From: Patescibacteria group bacterium
GTDB lineage: Bacteria > Patescibacteriota > Microgenomatia > Levybacterales > GWA1-39-11
NCBI GenBank assembly: GCA_041478035.1
Contig: JBGOVI010000001.1
Location: forward strand, 1 to 44,146
Length of the DNA stretch: 44,146 bases
Reading direction: 5' to 3'
Shown here: positions 23,478 to 31,395 of the stretch, one piece after another
Layout of the letters: each line of letters starts with the position of its first letter
How positions within the stretch are numbered: position 1 is the first letter of the stretch
Position numbers and translations under genes: made by a program
Notes under the pieces: generated by a model
What the model saw: the letters and a program-made list of their open reading frames with translations, nothing else
What the model was told of the DNA's origin: nothing
Database searches by the model: none

Positions 23478-24269
23478 CTAAATTTCGAGTTTTAAGAGGT
23501 CATATCCTACAATAACATCAACATCAGCAATATTTTTAATCGTGCGAATAATTTCATCCTCCCGCCCCTCGCAATCGGGAAACATATGAGTCAAAACTAC
23601 TTTTTTAAAATTCCCAAGTTTTGCAAGCTTACCAATATCATCTGGACAAAGATGATTGCCTGTAAGTGATTCTTTATTGGGATATGAACACTCAAGTATT
23701 GCAAGATCCGCATCTCTTCCTAATTCTGCAATACGTTCATCGTATCCCATATCCCCTGAATAAACTATCGATTTATTTCCCATTTTTAGCTTATAACAAA
23801 CGCTGTCTTCCGTGTGTTTAATCGGAGAAGAAGTGACCTCGAATTTGTCGGTTTTATAAATAAAATTATTTGAGGAATCTTTTATCTCAAAATTCTCTTC
23901 GACCTGAAATTCTGTTCCGCCATATATCTTAAGCATACTTTGTAGTATCTTAACAAAGCTGGTGGGCGCAGCTACAACTAGTTTATTTACTTTGTCTTTT
24001 CGGTATTTTAATGCATGACTTCTCCCGATTATTAATTGAAATATATCCGATGTATGATCAAGATGATGATGAGTGAGGAAAACGTGCGTCGGATTCAGTA
24101 ATAAATCAATTCCCGAAAGAAGCATTTTATGGTTTGATCCTACTCCGATATCAAATAACAAAGAATCCGAACCTGCCTCAATATACCATCCGGCATAAGA
24201 ACGAAGCGGCTTATTTAAAGATTTTGGTGTGGGAATTCCCGACCCGGTCCCATAAAAAGTTACTTGCAT
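23478..24269 (-). CDS. MBL-fold metallo-hydrolase (RNase Z/BN-like)
   Basis: 263 aa with THHHLDHTSD, which matches the HxHxDH motif. Confidence 0.8.
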   Translation of the reverse strand: MQVTFYGTGSGIPTPKSLNKPLRSYAGWYIEAGSDSLLFDIGVGSNHKMLLSGIDLLLNPTHVFLTHHHLDHTSDIFQLIIGRSHALKYRKDKVNKLVVAAPTSFVKILQSMLKIYGGTEFQVEENFEIKDSSNNFIYKTDKFEVTSSPIKHTEDSVCYKLKMGNKSIVYSGDMGYDERIAELGRDADLAILECSYPNKESLTGNHLCPDDIGKLAKLGNFKKVVLTHMFPDCEGREDEIIRTIKNIADVDVIVGYDLLKLEI

Positions 24270-24275
24270 AAGCTT

Positions 24276-24284
24276 ATTTTACCA
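24276..24284 (-). promoter_or_regulatory. Extended -10 box TGGTAAAAT ending 6 nt before the MBL ATG, inside the 17-nt gap after fusA
   Basis: Reverse complement of 24276-24284. Confidence 0.5.
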
Positions 24285-24286
24285 GA

Positions 24287-26395
24287 TTATTGGGCGCTCA
24301 TTCTTCCTGTGAAGGTGGATTTGGCAAGCATGGCTTGCACGATTTGTTGGGGAACCTCTTCGTAGTGAGATGGCTCAACGTAAGGAATCGCGCGGCCCTG
24401 AGACATAGACCGCAAAGTCGTTGCGTATCCTGAAAGTTCGGCCAGTGGCGCATTCGCCAAAATGATACGAACGTTTCCTCTCTCTTCCGATCCGACAATT
24501 TGTGCTCTTTTTGAAGATAAATCTCCGATTATTGTCCCCATAAATTCTTCTGGCGTTGTGACTTCAACTTTCATGATTGGCTCAAGCAATTTCAAACCCG
24601 CCTTTTTTGCCGCTGTTTGAAAAGCCATAGACCCGGCAATTTTAAACGCAATATCAGACGAGTCAACATCGTGGTACGTCCCATCATAAAGCGTAACCTT
24701 AAGGTCTACTATTGGATATCCAAGCAAAACCCCATTTTCAAGAGTTTCGCGGACCCCTTTTTCAACAGAAGGAATAAACTCAGACGGAATCGCCCCTCCT
24801 TTAATCGCGTTGACAAACTCAAACCCCTCTCCACGGCCTAGTGGTTCGATCTTAAGCAAGCAATGTCCATATTGTCCGTGGCCTCCAGTCTGACGAATAT
24901 ATTTTCCTTCGCCCTTTGCCTCGAGTCCTACTGTTTCTTTGTAAGCAACCTGAGGCGCTCCAACATTTGCCTGAACGCCAAACTCACGCTTCATGGTTTC
25001 TACCTTAACTTCAAGCTGTAACTCTCCAACCCCTGAAATAATGGTTTGCCCGGTTTCGTGATCCGTTTTGACAGAAAACGTCGGATCCTCATCCATTAAT
25101 TTTTTGAGAGACAACCCTAATTTTTCCTGATCGCTCTTTGTCTTAGGTTCAATCGCTAGTGAAATAACAGGCTCGGGGAAAGTAATCTTCTCAAGAATTA
25201 TGGGCTTTGTTTCATCGCACAATGTATCCCCCGTTGATGTATCTTTTAAACCCACAACCGCGACTATTTCTCCGGCATACGCTTCCTTAATTTCTTCTCT
25301 ATTATTGGCATGCATTAAAAGCAAGCGGCCAACGCGCTCTCTAATTTCTTTTGTAGAATTATAAGCATAAGAACCCGACAGCAGCTTTCCTGAATAAAGC
25401 CGAATGTAAGTAATTTTTCCAACGTGCGGATCTATTTGAACTTTAAAAGCGAAGCCTGTGAACGATTCCTCGGGATTGAGCTGGCGAACCTCCTCGGCCC
25501 CGGTTTTTGGATTTATACCTTTTACTTCTTTTAAATCAAAAGGCGACGGAAGGTAATCAGCAACCGCGTCAAGAAGCGGCTGAACGCCTTTGTTACGAAG
25601 AGAAGACCCCGCAAAAATGGGAACTACTTTATATGCAATTACCGCCGCGCGAAGCGCCTTTTTTAATTCATCGTTTGATATATCTTGCCCATTGAGATAT
25701 TTATCTAGCAAAATGTCATCAGTTTCTGCAATTTTTTCAACCAGTTGTTCGCGATATTTTTTAACCTCTTCTTCCATTCCTGCCGGGATTTCATCGCGAA
25801 CGTCGAACTTTGCGCCCAATTCTTCACCAGACCAAATGTATGACTTTTGTTCCAGAACATGATAAATTCCAACAAAATCCTGCTCGCGGCCGATTGGCAA
25901 ACCTAAAACAACAGGGTTTGCTCCGAGTTTGTCAACAATAGACTGAATTGTTTTTGCAAAGTCGGCGCCGAGTTTATCCATTTTATTAATGAAACAAATT
26001 CGCGGAACTTTATATTTATCAGCCTGCCGCCAAACGGTTTCAGACTGCGATTGAACTCCCTCCTCAGCATCAAGGACAGTGACAGCACCGTCAAGAACTC
26101 TTAGCGACCTCTCAACTTCAGCAGTAAAATCAACGTGGCCCGGGGTATCAATAATATTTATTCGGCAATCCCGCCAATAAGTGGTTGTCGCAGCGGAGAC
26201 GATCGTGATGCCTCGCTCGCGCTCCTGATCCATCCAGTCCATGGTAGCAGCACCCTCATGAACTTCCCCCATTTTGTATGATTTTCCCGTGTAATAAAGA
26301 ATGCGCTCGGAGGTCGTGGTTTTCCCCGCGTCAATATGCGCAATAATTCCAATATTGCGAATTTTATCTAACGGATAATTTCTTGATTCAGCCAT
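24287..26395 (-). CDS. fusA: elongation factor G
   Basis: 702 aa with [17 protein letters not shown] and NKMD GTPase motifs. All EF-G domains are present. Confidence 0.98.
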   Translation of the reverse strand: MAESRNYPLDKIRNIGIIAHIDAGKTTTSERILYYTGKSYKMGEVHEGAATMDWMDQERERGITIVSAATTTYWRDCRINIIDTPGHVDFTAEVERSLRVLDGAVTVLDAEEGVQSQSETVWRQADKYKVPRICFINKMDKLGADFAKTIQSIVDKLGANPVVLGLPIGREQDFVGIYHVLEQKSYIWSGEELGAKFDVRDEIPAGMEEEVKKYREQLVEKIAETDDILLDKYLNGQDISNDELKKALRAAVIAYKVVPIFAGSSLRNKGVQPLLDAVADYLPSPFDLKEVKGINPKTGAEEVRQLNPEESFTGFAFKVQIDPHVGKITYIRLYSGKLLSGSYAYNSTKEIRERVGRLLLMHANNREEIKEAYAGEIVAVVGLKDTSTGDTLCDETKPIILEKITFPEPVISLAIEPKTKSDQEKLGLSLKKLMDEDPTFSVKTDHETGQTIISGVGELQLEVKVETMKREFGVQANVGAPQVAYKETVGLEAKGEGKYIRQTGGHGQYGHCLLKIEPLGRGEGFEFVNAIKGGAIPSEFIPSVEKGVRETLENGVLLGYPIVDLKVTLYDGTYHDVDSSDIAFKIAGSMAFQTAAKKAGLKLLEPIMKVEVTTPEEFMGTIIGDLSSKRAQIVGSEERGNVRIILANAPLAELSGYATTLRSMSQGRAIPYVEPSHYEEVPQQIVQAMLAKSTFTGRMSAQ

Positions 26396-26407
26396 AAAAT
26401 AAAAAAA

Positions 26408-26433
26408 TCCGCCCGAATCCGCCAGCTGGCGGA
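26408..26433 (-). promoter_or_regulatory. fusA leader hairpin with a duplicated 3' arm followed by a U-tract
   Basis: The minus-strand RNA reads UCCGCC-AGCU-GGCGGA-UUCG-GGCGGA-U7AUUUU-AUG. The 5' arm can pair with either GGCGGA copy. Confidence 0.5.
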
Positions 26434-26446
26434 CGAACGTGCGACT

Positions 26447-26475
26447 ATTTTACCAAAAAAAGTGCTCAGAGTAAA
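26447..26475 (-). promoter_or_regulatory. fusA promoter
   Basis: Minus strand: TTTACT (26475-26470), 17-nt spacer, TGGTAAAAT (26455-26447). Confidence 0.55.
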
Positions 26476-26490
26476 CATGAACACATTTTG

Positions 26491-26519
26491 TTGACTTGTT
26501 CAGACGTAAGCAATAAAAT
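26491..26519 (+). promoter_or_regulatory. Promoter ending 8 nt before the ATG at 26528
   Basis: TTGACT (26491-26496), 17-nt spacer, TAAAAT (26514-26519). Confidence 0.55.
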
Positions 26520-26527
26520 AACATTAT

Positions 26528-26917
26528 ATGGCAATGGGGCACGAGCAAGCACTATTGGGACCGGAAATTCCAGATGAAGAACTTTATAATTTGGGCCAAG
26601 GAGAAACCGTAATTTATACTAGGAGCTTACCTACAACTCTTCACAAAATTGCAGGACGAGATGGATCTTTTGACGAAAAATTAGACTCAGATCCTGATTA
26701 TAAGAGACTGCATAGTCAAGCGTTAATAGAAGCAAAAACCATTTCAATGGGGCACCCTATTTCTGGCCCTAGTAATTCGTTCGGACAACTTATTGGACGA
26801 TTTACGGACACTCGAGTTGTTAAGGCTAGAGATAGAATTTCTGGCTCAAGCGTTAATGGCTGGGCATTAATTGGTACACCCAAACCCCAACAAAAATTCA
26901 CCGGCGAACCTCAGTAG
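26528..26917 (+). CDS. hypothetical protein (129 aa, soluble, no recognisable motif)
   Basis: The ORF has a good promoter immediately upstream. I recognise no family. Confidence 0.5.
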   Translation: MAMGHEQALLGPEIPDEELYNLGQGETVIYTRSLPTTLHKIAGRDGSFDEKLDSDPDYKRLHSQALIEAKTISMGHPISGPSNSFGQLIGRFTDTRVVKARDRISGSSVNGWALIGTPKPQQKFTGEPQ

Positions 26918-26939
26918 TAAGCTAAAATATCAATTAACA

Positions 26940-26948
26940 TGTTATAAT
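26940..26948 (+). promoter_or_regulatory. Extended -10 box TGTTATAAT ending 7 nt before the pepP-like ATG
   Basis: Direct reading. The ATG is at 26956. Confidence 0.55.
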
Positions 26949-26955
26949 TCTCCCC

Positions 26956-28020
26956 ATGTTTGAACAAAAGTTAAAAGCTCTTAGGAGAAGTTTGGCGGAA
27001 AATAAAGTTGACGCTCTTATAGTTTCATCTGCGGCGAATATTTTTTATTTGACCGACATCAACTATTTTCCCCTTGAAGAAAGACACGCTTATCTATTTA
27101 TCACAGCCAAAACCGTTGATCTCTTTACTGACCCAAGATATTCCAATGGTATAAAAAACAAACTTCCAAAAGGTGTAAGGATTTTCCTTCATACTGAACT
27201 TTTAAAAAATATCAAAAAATCAAAGGCTAAAAGGGTTGGGATCGAACAAAATTTTACAGTCGCAGAACTCAAAAGATTCAAAAAAGAAACAGGACTAAAT
27301 TTTGTTTTAACCGAACCAATTGTCGAACAGTTACGATCTATAAAAGATGCAGAGGAAATCAAAAATATTCGAGCCGCATGCAAATTAACAGATCGCGCGC
27401 TCGATACTATTCGAAAGCTTATTAAAACTGGCGTCACCGAACGAGAAATTTCATGGAAAATCGAAAGTTTTATAAAAGAAAACGGAGGCGAACTGGCTTT
27501 TGATTCGATAGTTGCTTTCGGTCCGAATTCCGCCATTCCTCATCACAAAACCTCCGACAAGCGACTGGAGAAAAGCGACGAGCTAGTCTTACTTGATTTC
27601 GGCGCAAAAGTGAATGGATATTGCTCTGACATGACGCGAACTATACTCACGAAAAACGCGAAACGTAAAGCTCACGAAATATACGAAACAGTCAGGATGG
27701 CACAACAAAAAGCTGCAGAATTTGTCAGTGGTCAGTTGCCAGATGTTAGTTGTTCGACCATTGCTGAAATCACGAACGATTATATCGTTTCAAAAAAGTT
27801 CGAAGTGATTCCTCATGGCTTAGGCCACGGTATTGGCATCGAAGTTCATGAAAAACCGACTCTCTCACCAAAATCCAAGGATAAACTTGTTCGAAATAAT
27901 GTTTTTTCAATAGAGCCAGGAATTTATATCCCGGGATTCGGCGGCGTCCGCATCGAAGACGACTTTTTGCTAGGCGAACGCGGCCTTGAACAACTGACTA
28001 AATCTGCCAAAACTCCCTAG
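26956..28020 (+). CDS. M24 family Xaa-Pro aminopeptidase/dipeptidase
   Basis: 354 aa with a creatinase-type N-domain and a pita-bread fold carrying metal ligands (DFGAKVNGYCSDMTRT, HGLGHGIGIEVHE, SIEPG, VRIED). Confidence 0.88.
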   Translation: MFEQKLKALRRSLAENKVDALIVSSAANIFYLTDINYFPLEERHAYLFITAKTVDLFTDPRYSNGIKNKLPKGVRIFLHTELLKNIKKSKAKRVGIEQNFTVAELKRFKKETGLNFVLTEPIVEQLRSIKDAEEIKNIRAACKLTDRALDTIRKLIKTGVTEREISWKIESFIKENGGELAFDSIVAFGPNSAIPHHKTSDKRLEKSDELVLLDFGAKVNGYCSDMTRTILTKNAKRKAHEIYETVRMAQQKAAEFVSGQLPDVSCSTIAEITNDYIVSKKFEVIPHGLGHGIGIEVHEKPTLSPKSKDKLVRNNVFSIEPGIYIPGFGGVRIEDDFLLGERGLEQLTKSAKTP

Positions 28021-28069
28021 GTGTAGCTATAAATCCACCCCCCAGGTGGGTTAGATAGGACACCTAGGG
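28015..28069 (+). terminator. Bipartite hairpin overlapping the pepP-like stop codon (possible terminator)
   Basis: The outer 10-bp stem CCCTAGGTGT/ACACCTAGGG pairs 28015-28024 with 28060-28069. The inner stem CCACC/GGTGG pairs 28035-28039 with 28045-28049. A T-rich stretch follows. Confidence 0.4.
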
Positions 28070-28085
28070 AAAACCGATTTTCTTC

Positions 28086-28114
28086 TTGAAATTTCAATCT
28101 AATTTGTTTAAAAT
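28086..28114 (+). promoter_or_regulatory. Promoter ending 7 nt before the cyclophilin ATG
   Basis: TTGAAA (28086-28091), 17-nt spacer, TAAAAT (28109-28114). The ATG is at 28122. Confidence 0.6.
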
Positions 28115-28121
28115 CTAGAAG

Positions 28122-28748
28122 ATGAAAGCGGCAGTGATTTTCAGCGTAATTGTTTTAGTCGCAATCTTTGGAATTTATATGTTAACCAACCAAAACCAAA
28201 AAACCGCACCTCAGGCAAATAATTTTCTAACTCCCAGTCCTACACCTTTACCAATTCTCAACACACCTACTCCTGTCCCGACAGTCCCTGAAAATGACAG
28301 GATCACTGCAAATTCGGCCACGATAAAAACTATAAAAGGAAACATTGAGGTAGAACTTTATGCTTCAGAAGCGGCTAAAACAGTAACAAATTTTGCGACT
28401 CTCGCAAAACGCGGCTACTACAATAACCTAACGTTTCATAGAGTCGAATCTTGGGTAATTCAGGGAGGCGACCCAAATGGAAACGGAACAGGCGGAGTTT
28501 CAATTTACGGACCGACTTTTGAAGACGAATTAAACCCCAACACTCCAAGCTACAAAGCAGGATATATAGAAGGCGTTCTTGCGATGGCCAACCGCGGCCC
28601 CAACACCAATGGAAGCCAATTCTTTATATTAAAACAAACTACCCCTCTTCCCCACGCTTATACAATCTTCGGGAAAGTCTCTTCAGGAATGGATGTGGTA
28701 AATTCAATCGCGGTGGGTGACAAAATCCTCTCAATCGAACCTAAGTAA
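28122..28748 (+). CDS. membrane-anchored cyclophilin-type peptidyl-prolyl cis-trans isomerase
   Basis: It has an N-terminal TM helix followed by a cyclophilin core (FHRVESWVIQGGDPNGNGTGG, LAMANRGPNTNGSQFFI). Confidence 0.9.
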   Translation: MKAAVIFSVIVLVAIFGIYMLTNQNQKTAPQANNFLTPSPTPLPILNTPTPVPTVPENDRITANSATIKTIKGNIEVELYASEAAKTVTNFATLAKRGYYNNLTFHRVESWVIQGGDPNGNGTGGVSIYGPTFEDELNPNTPSYKAGYIEGVLAMANRGPNTNGSQFFILKQTTPLPHAYTIFGKVSSGMDVVNSIAVGDKILSIEPK

Positions 28749-29403
28749 CTTCTTCAAGAATTACGACTTTGGAATTTGTAACACCGGATTTTAATTTTTC
28801 TTCTGCTTCTTTATATTTATCACCGAGCAAGCGGCGGTAGTGCATGGGAATTGTAATCTTTGCGCCTATCGCATTTGCCGCTTCTATTGCCTCAGAGACG
28901 TTCATTGTGTAAGTCCCTCCAATTGGCAGCATCGCAATATCAAGGTTTTTTGAAGCTAAATCTCGCATTTCCGGAATAAAATCCGTATCCCCTGCATGGT
29001 AAATCTTTTGGTTGTTTACGAACAGGATATAGCCGACCCACTTGTTGGATTTAGGATGAAATTTCGTACGTTCGGGCGCAACATTATATGCCGGGATTGT
29101 CTCAAACTTTGTTCCGGAAACTTCGTACTCCTTATTTGGTTCAATTGTAAACTCTTGTTCGGAAGCGATTTTTAAAGTTGAAAGCGAATCGGGAGTTGCA
29201 ATAACCGTAGTTTCAGGTTTTAAAATGTGATTAATATCGCCTTCTGACAAATGATCATAATGTGCATGTGTTACAAAAATCAGGTCTGCTTTATCAGATA
29301 AATTCGCAGGGAGTTCGAATGGATCAATAAAATAGATCCGATTGCCGTTCGAAGCATCAATAATTGCGAAACTTGCATGCCCAAACCACCTCAAATTTTC
29401 CAC
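28741..29403 (-). CDS. MBL-fold metal-dependent hydrolase (UPF0173-like)
   Basis: 220 aa with FVTHAHYDHL. The start codon is GTG. The 3' end overlaps the convergent cyclophilin gene by 8 nt. Confidence 0.8.
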   Translation of the reverse strand: MENLRWFGHASFAIIDASNGNRIYFIDPFELPANLSDKADLIFVTHAHYDHLSEGDINHILKPETTVIATPDSLSTLKIASEQEFTIEPNKEYEVSGTKFETIPAYNVAPERTKFHPKSNKWVGYILFVNNQKIYHAGDTDFIPEMRDLASKNLDIAMLPIGGTYTMNVSEAIEAANAIGAKITIPMHYRRLLGDKYKEAEEKLKSGVTNSKVVILEEVT

Positions 29404-29409
29404 AAATAT

Positions 29410-29418
29410 ATTTTACCA
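29410..29418 (-). promoter_or_regulatory. Extended -10 box TGGTAAAAT ending 6 nt before the GTG at 29403
   Basis: Reverse complement of 29410-29418. Confidence 0.45.
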
Positions 29419-29482
29419 CATGTGATCTTAATATCGGTCAGCTGAATGACCAGATTTTAACTGAGGGATAAAATCGGAAGTT

Positions 29483-30106
29483 TTAAAACTCGAAAATTCT
29501 GCGTAAGAGACTCTGGGGATCAGTTCTTTCCAAAGGAGGTATACCCAAATCTATCTTGCCGGTTGTCTGAACCCTAAACGTTCCCCGACTTTTATTTTGC
29601 GCGATTAGACTTGGTGCAGAAAGTTTGAATACGTCCGCGGTAGATACCAAATCAGAAATATTTACTTTCAGTGGCAAATTACTTTCGTTCACGATTTCAT
29701 ATGTTTGGGGCCCTTGCGATCCGGGATGAAGAAGCGGAGCTCCTACATTAGTCGTAAGAGGAAGTATTTCATTAGTTTGACCAGAAGTAAAATATTGTCT
29801 CATCCTCCAAAAGGCATCATCTGGAATTTTAACGCTCTCGAGCGTATGGCCCAAGACTAAAACGCCCGGTTCGAATGTGAATATACCAGTCTCGTCTGTA
29901 TGTCTTTCTTCCCACATTTGTTCAACAACTTCTGGAGGGGTCATAATAGGATCGAAAGCTGTAGCGCTCAAACCATTTTGTCCAAGAATAACTTGGATCT
30001 CAACCCAAGGTTTTCTAACTCGAAAATATGTCGCCAAATGAAGATCAATTGAAGAAGTAGATCCTAGTGTTTCCCTAAGTATCTGTTCACGTTCGAAACT
30101 TCTCAT
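29483..30106 (-). CDS. divergent dCTP deaminase/dUTPase-fold protein
   Basis: FTFEPGVLVLGHTLESVKIPDD and HPGSQGPQTYEIVNESNLPLKV align with dCTP deaminase blocks. I start at the ATG at 30104-30106; the track's start at 30124 is a TTG six codons upstream. Confidence 0.5.
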   Translation of the reverse strand: MRSFEREQILRETLGSTSSIDLHLATYFRVRKPWVEIQVILGQNGLSATAFDPIMTPPEVVEQMWEERHTDETGIFTFEPGVLVLGHTLESVKIPDDAFWRMRQYFTSGQTNEILPLTTNVGAPLLHPGSQGPQTYEIVNESNLPLKVNISDLVSTADVFKLSAPSLIAQNKSRGTFRVQTTGKIDLGIPPLERTDPQSLLRRIFEF

Positions 30107-30277
30107 GAAGGGTAATTCTATCAAAAAGTAAGCGGGAAGTCAATATTATAGGACTATTTGGGGAACTACCAGCGGAAGTGGGCGAAGGCCTTATTTGTCC
30201 CCAACAATCTTACTTCTCGCCTTTTCAGTTCTATTCGAACACGGCTCGAAGAGCGATTGACGGGACTTCATAAGGCA

Positions 30278-30754
30278 TTACCATCGAAAGTGCGCAAATG
30301 CCTTATTCGCTTCGGCCATGCGGTGGGCGATGTCGCGTTTTCTTATTGCTTCACCCGCATTTTTTGTAGCATCTAATAGTTCTGCTGCAAGCTTTGACGC
30401 AAAAGATTTGTGCTCTGCCGTCGGCCTTTTTTTCGCGGCTTCCAGAATCCAGCGAATTGCAAGCGCTGTTTTTCTGGCTCCCCGAACCTCCTGCGGAACC
30501 TGATATGCAGCCCCACCAATCCTTCGAGCCTTAACTTCAACTTTTGGCCCGACTGTCTCAATTGCTTGTTCAAATAATTTAACCGGGTCTCCCTCTTTCT
30601 TGAGTAGTTCGAATGCATCATACATGACTCTCTGGGCAACTGTTTTTTTGCCGTCGCGCATCAAGCGATTGGTAAAAGCCGCCACAAGAATATTCCCATA
30701 AACCGGGTCCGCCTGTTTTTGTCTTTTTTTAATTTTACTTCGACCTCTTGCCAT
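30278..30754 (-). CDS. rpsG: 30S ribosomal protein uS7
   Basis: 158 aa with DPVYGNILVAAFTNRLMRDGKK and a ...AHFRW C-terminus. Confidence 0.96.
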   Translation of the reverse strand: MARGRSKIKKRQKQADPVYGNILVAAFTNRLMRDGKKTVAQRVMYDAFELLKKEGDPVKLFEQAIETVGPKVEVKARRIGGAAYQVPQEVRGARKTALAIRWILEAAKKRPTAEHKSFASKLAAELLDATKNAGEAIRKRDIAHRMAEANKAFAHFRW

Positions 30755-30760
30755 ATTATT

Positions 30761-30819
30761 AGTTATTCGTTATTAGTTAGTTGGTTAGTTCGTTTACGAA
30801 TAACTACGAACGAACTAAC
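30761..30819 (-). promoter_or_regulatory. Interleaved complementary arms in the rpsL|rpsG spacer (pseudoknot or two-state switch next to the rpsG start)
   Basis: 30761-30770 is perfectly complementary to 30796-30805 (10 bp). 30784-30794 is perfectly complementary to 30809-30819 (11 bp). The arms run in the order X,Y,X',Y'. Confidence 0.5.
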
Positions 30820-30828
30820 GACGAACTT

Positions 30829-31251
30829 TTATGCGGCGGCTGCTCCTGGCCGCTTCGTTCCGTAGCGGCTCCGTGAGCTTCTTCTTCCTTCAACTCCTGC
30901 CAAATCAAATTTTCCGCGGACCAAATGATATTTTACTCCCGGCAAATCTTTGACGCGGCCTCCGCGAACCAAAACTATTCCATGCTCGGCCAAATTGTGT
31001 CCCACTCCCTGAATGTAAGCCGTGACTTCCTCGCGATTCGAGAGCTTTACGCGAGCAACCTTACGAAGCGCCGAATTTGGCTTTCTTGGAGTCATAGTAC
31101 GGACTAAAGTCACTACTCCGCGTTTTTGGGGTGAAGGAACTTGCGTGTATTTTCTGAGTTTTGCATTAAAAATAGTCCGTAACCCCGTTACGTTAACTTT
31201 CTTTAATTTTTTTCTTCTCCTTTTTCTTATTAATTGATTAAGTGTCGGCAT
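30829..31251 (-). CDS. rpsL: 30S ribosomal protein uS12
   Basis: 140 aa starting [10 protein letters not shown], with ...[10 protein letters not shown]-like [14 protein letters not shown]. Confidence 0.97.
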   Translation of the reverse strand: MPTLNQLIRKRRRKKLKKVNVTGLRTIFNAKLRKYTQVPSPQKRGVVTLVRTMTPRKPNSALRKVARVKLSNREEVTAYIQGVGHNLAEHGIVLVRGGRVKDLPGVKYHLVRGKFDLAGVEGRRSSRSRYGTKRPGAAAA

Positions 31252-31281
31252 ATATTATTGCGTATTGTACTATATTTAGCT

Positions 31282-31322
31282 AAAAGTTTAAAGTTAGAAG
31301 TTAAAAGTTGCAGTTAGTAGTT
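31282..31322. repeat. Six tandem NNNAGTT units (five 7-mers and one 6-mer) in the rpoC|rpsL spacer
   Basis: Direct reading: aaaagtt taaagtt agaagtt aaaagtt gcagtt agtagtt. The same spacer has further 7-mer doublets (taaaatt ttaaaat; ttgcact ttgcact at 31374-31387). Confidence 0.85.
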
Positions 31323-31395
31323 TAAAATTTTAAAATTTGAACTGCTTGCACTGAGACTTTCGAATGTGTAATTTTGCACTTTGCACTTTAAATTT

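Noticed and set aside
30158-30204. A 47-nt element closed by the 7-bp stem TTGGGGA/TCCCCAA in the 153-nt gap downstream of rpsG, as a possible ncRNA or terminator.
   Set aside because: No U-tract follows on either strand, the internal pairing is weak, and there is no recognisable motif. There is not enough evidence to call it a feature.
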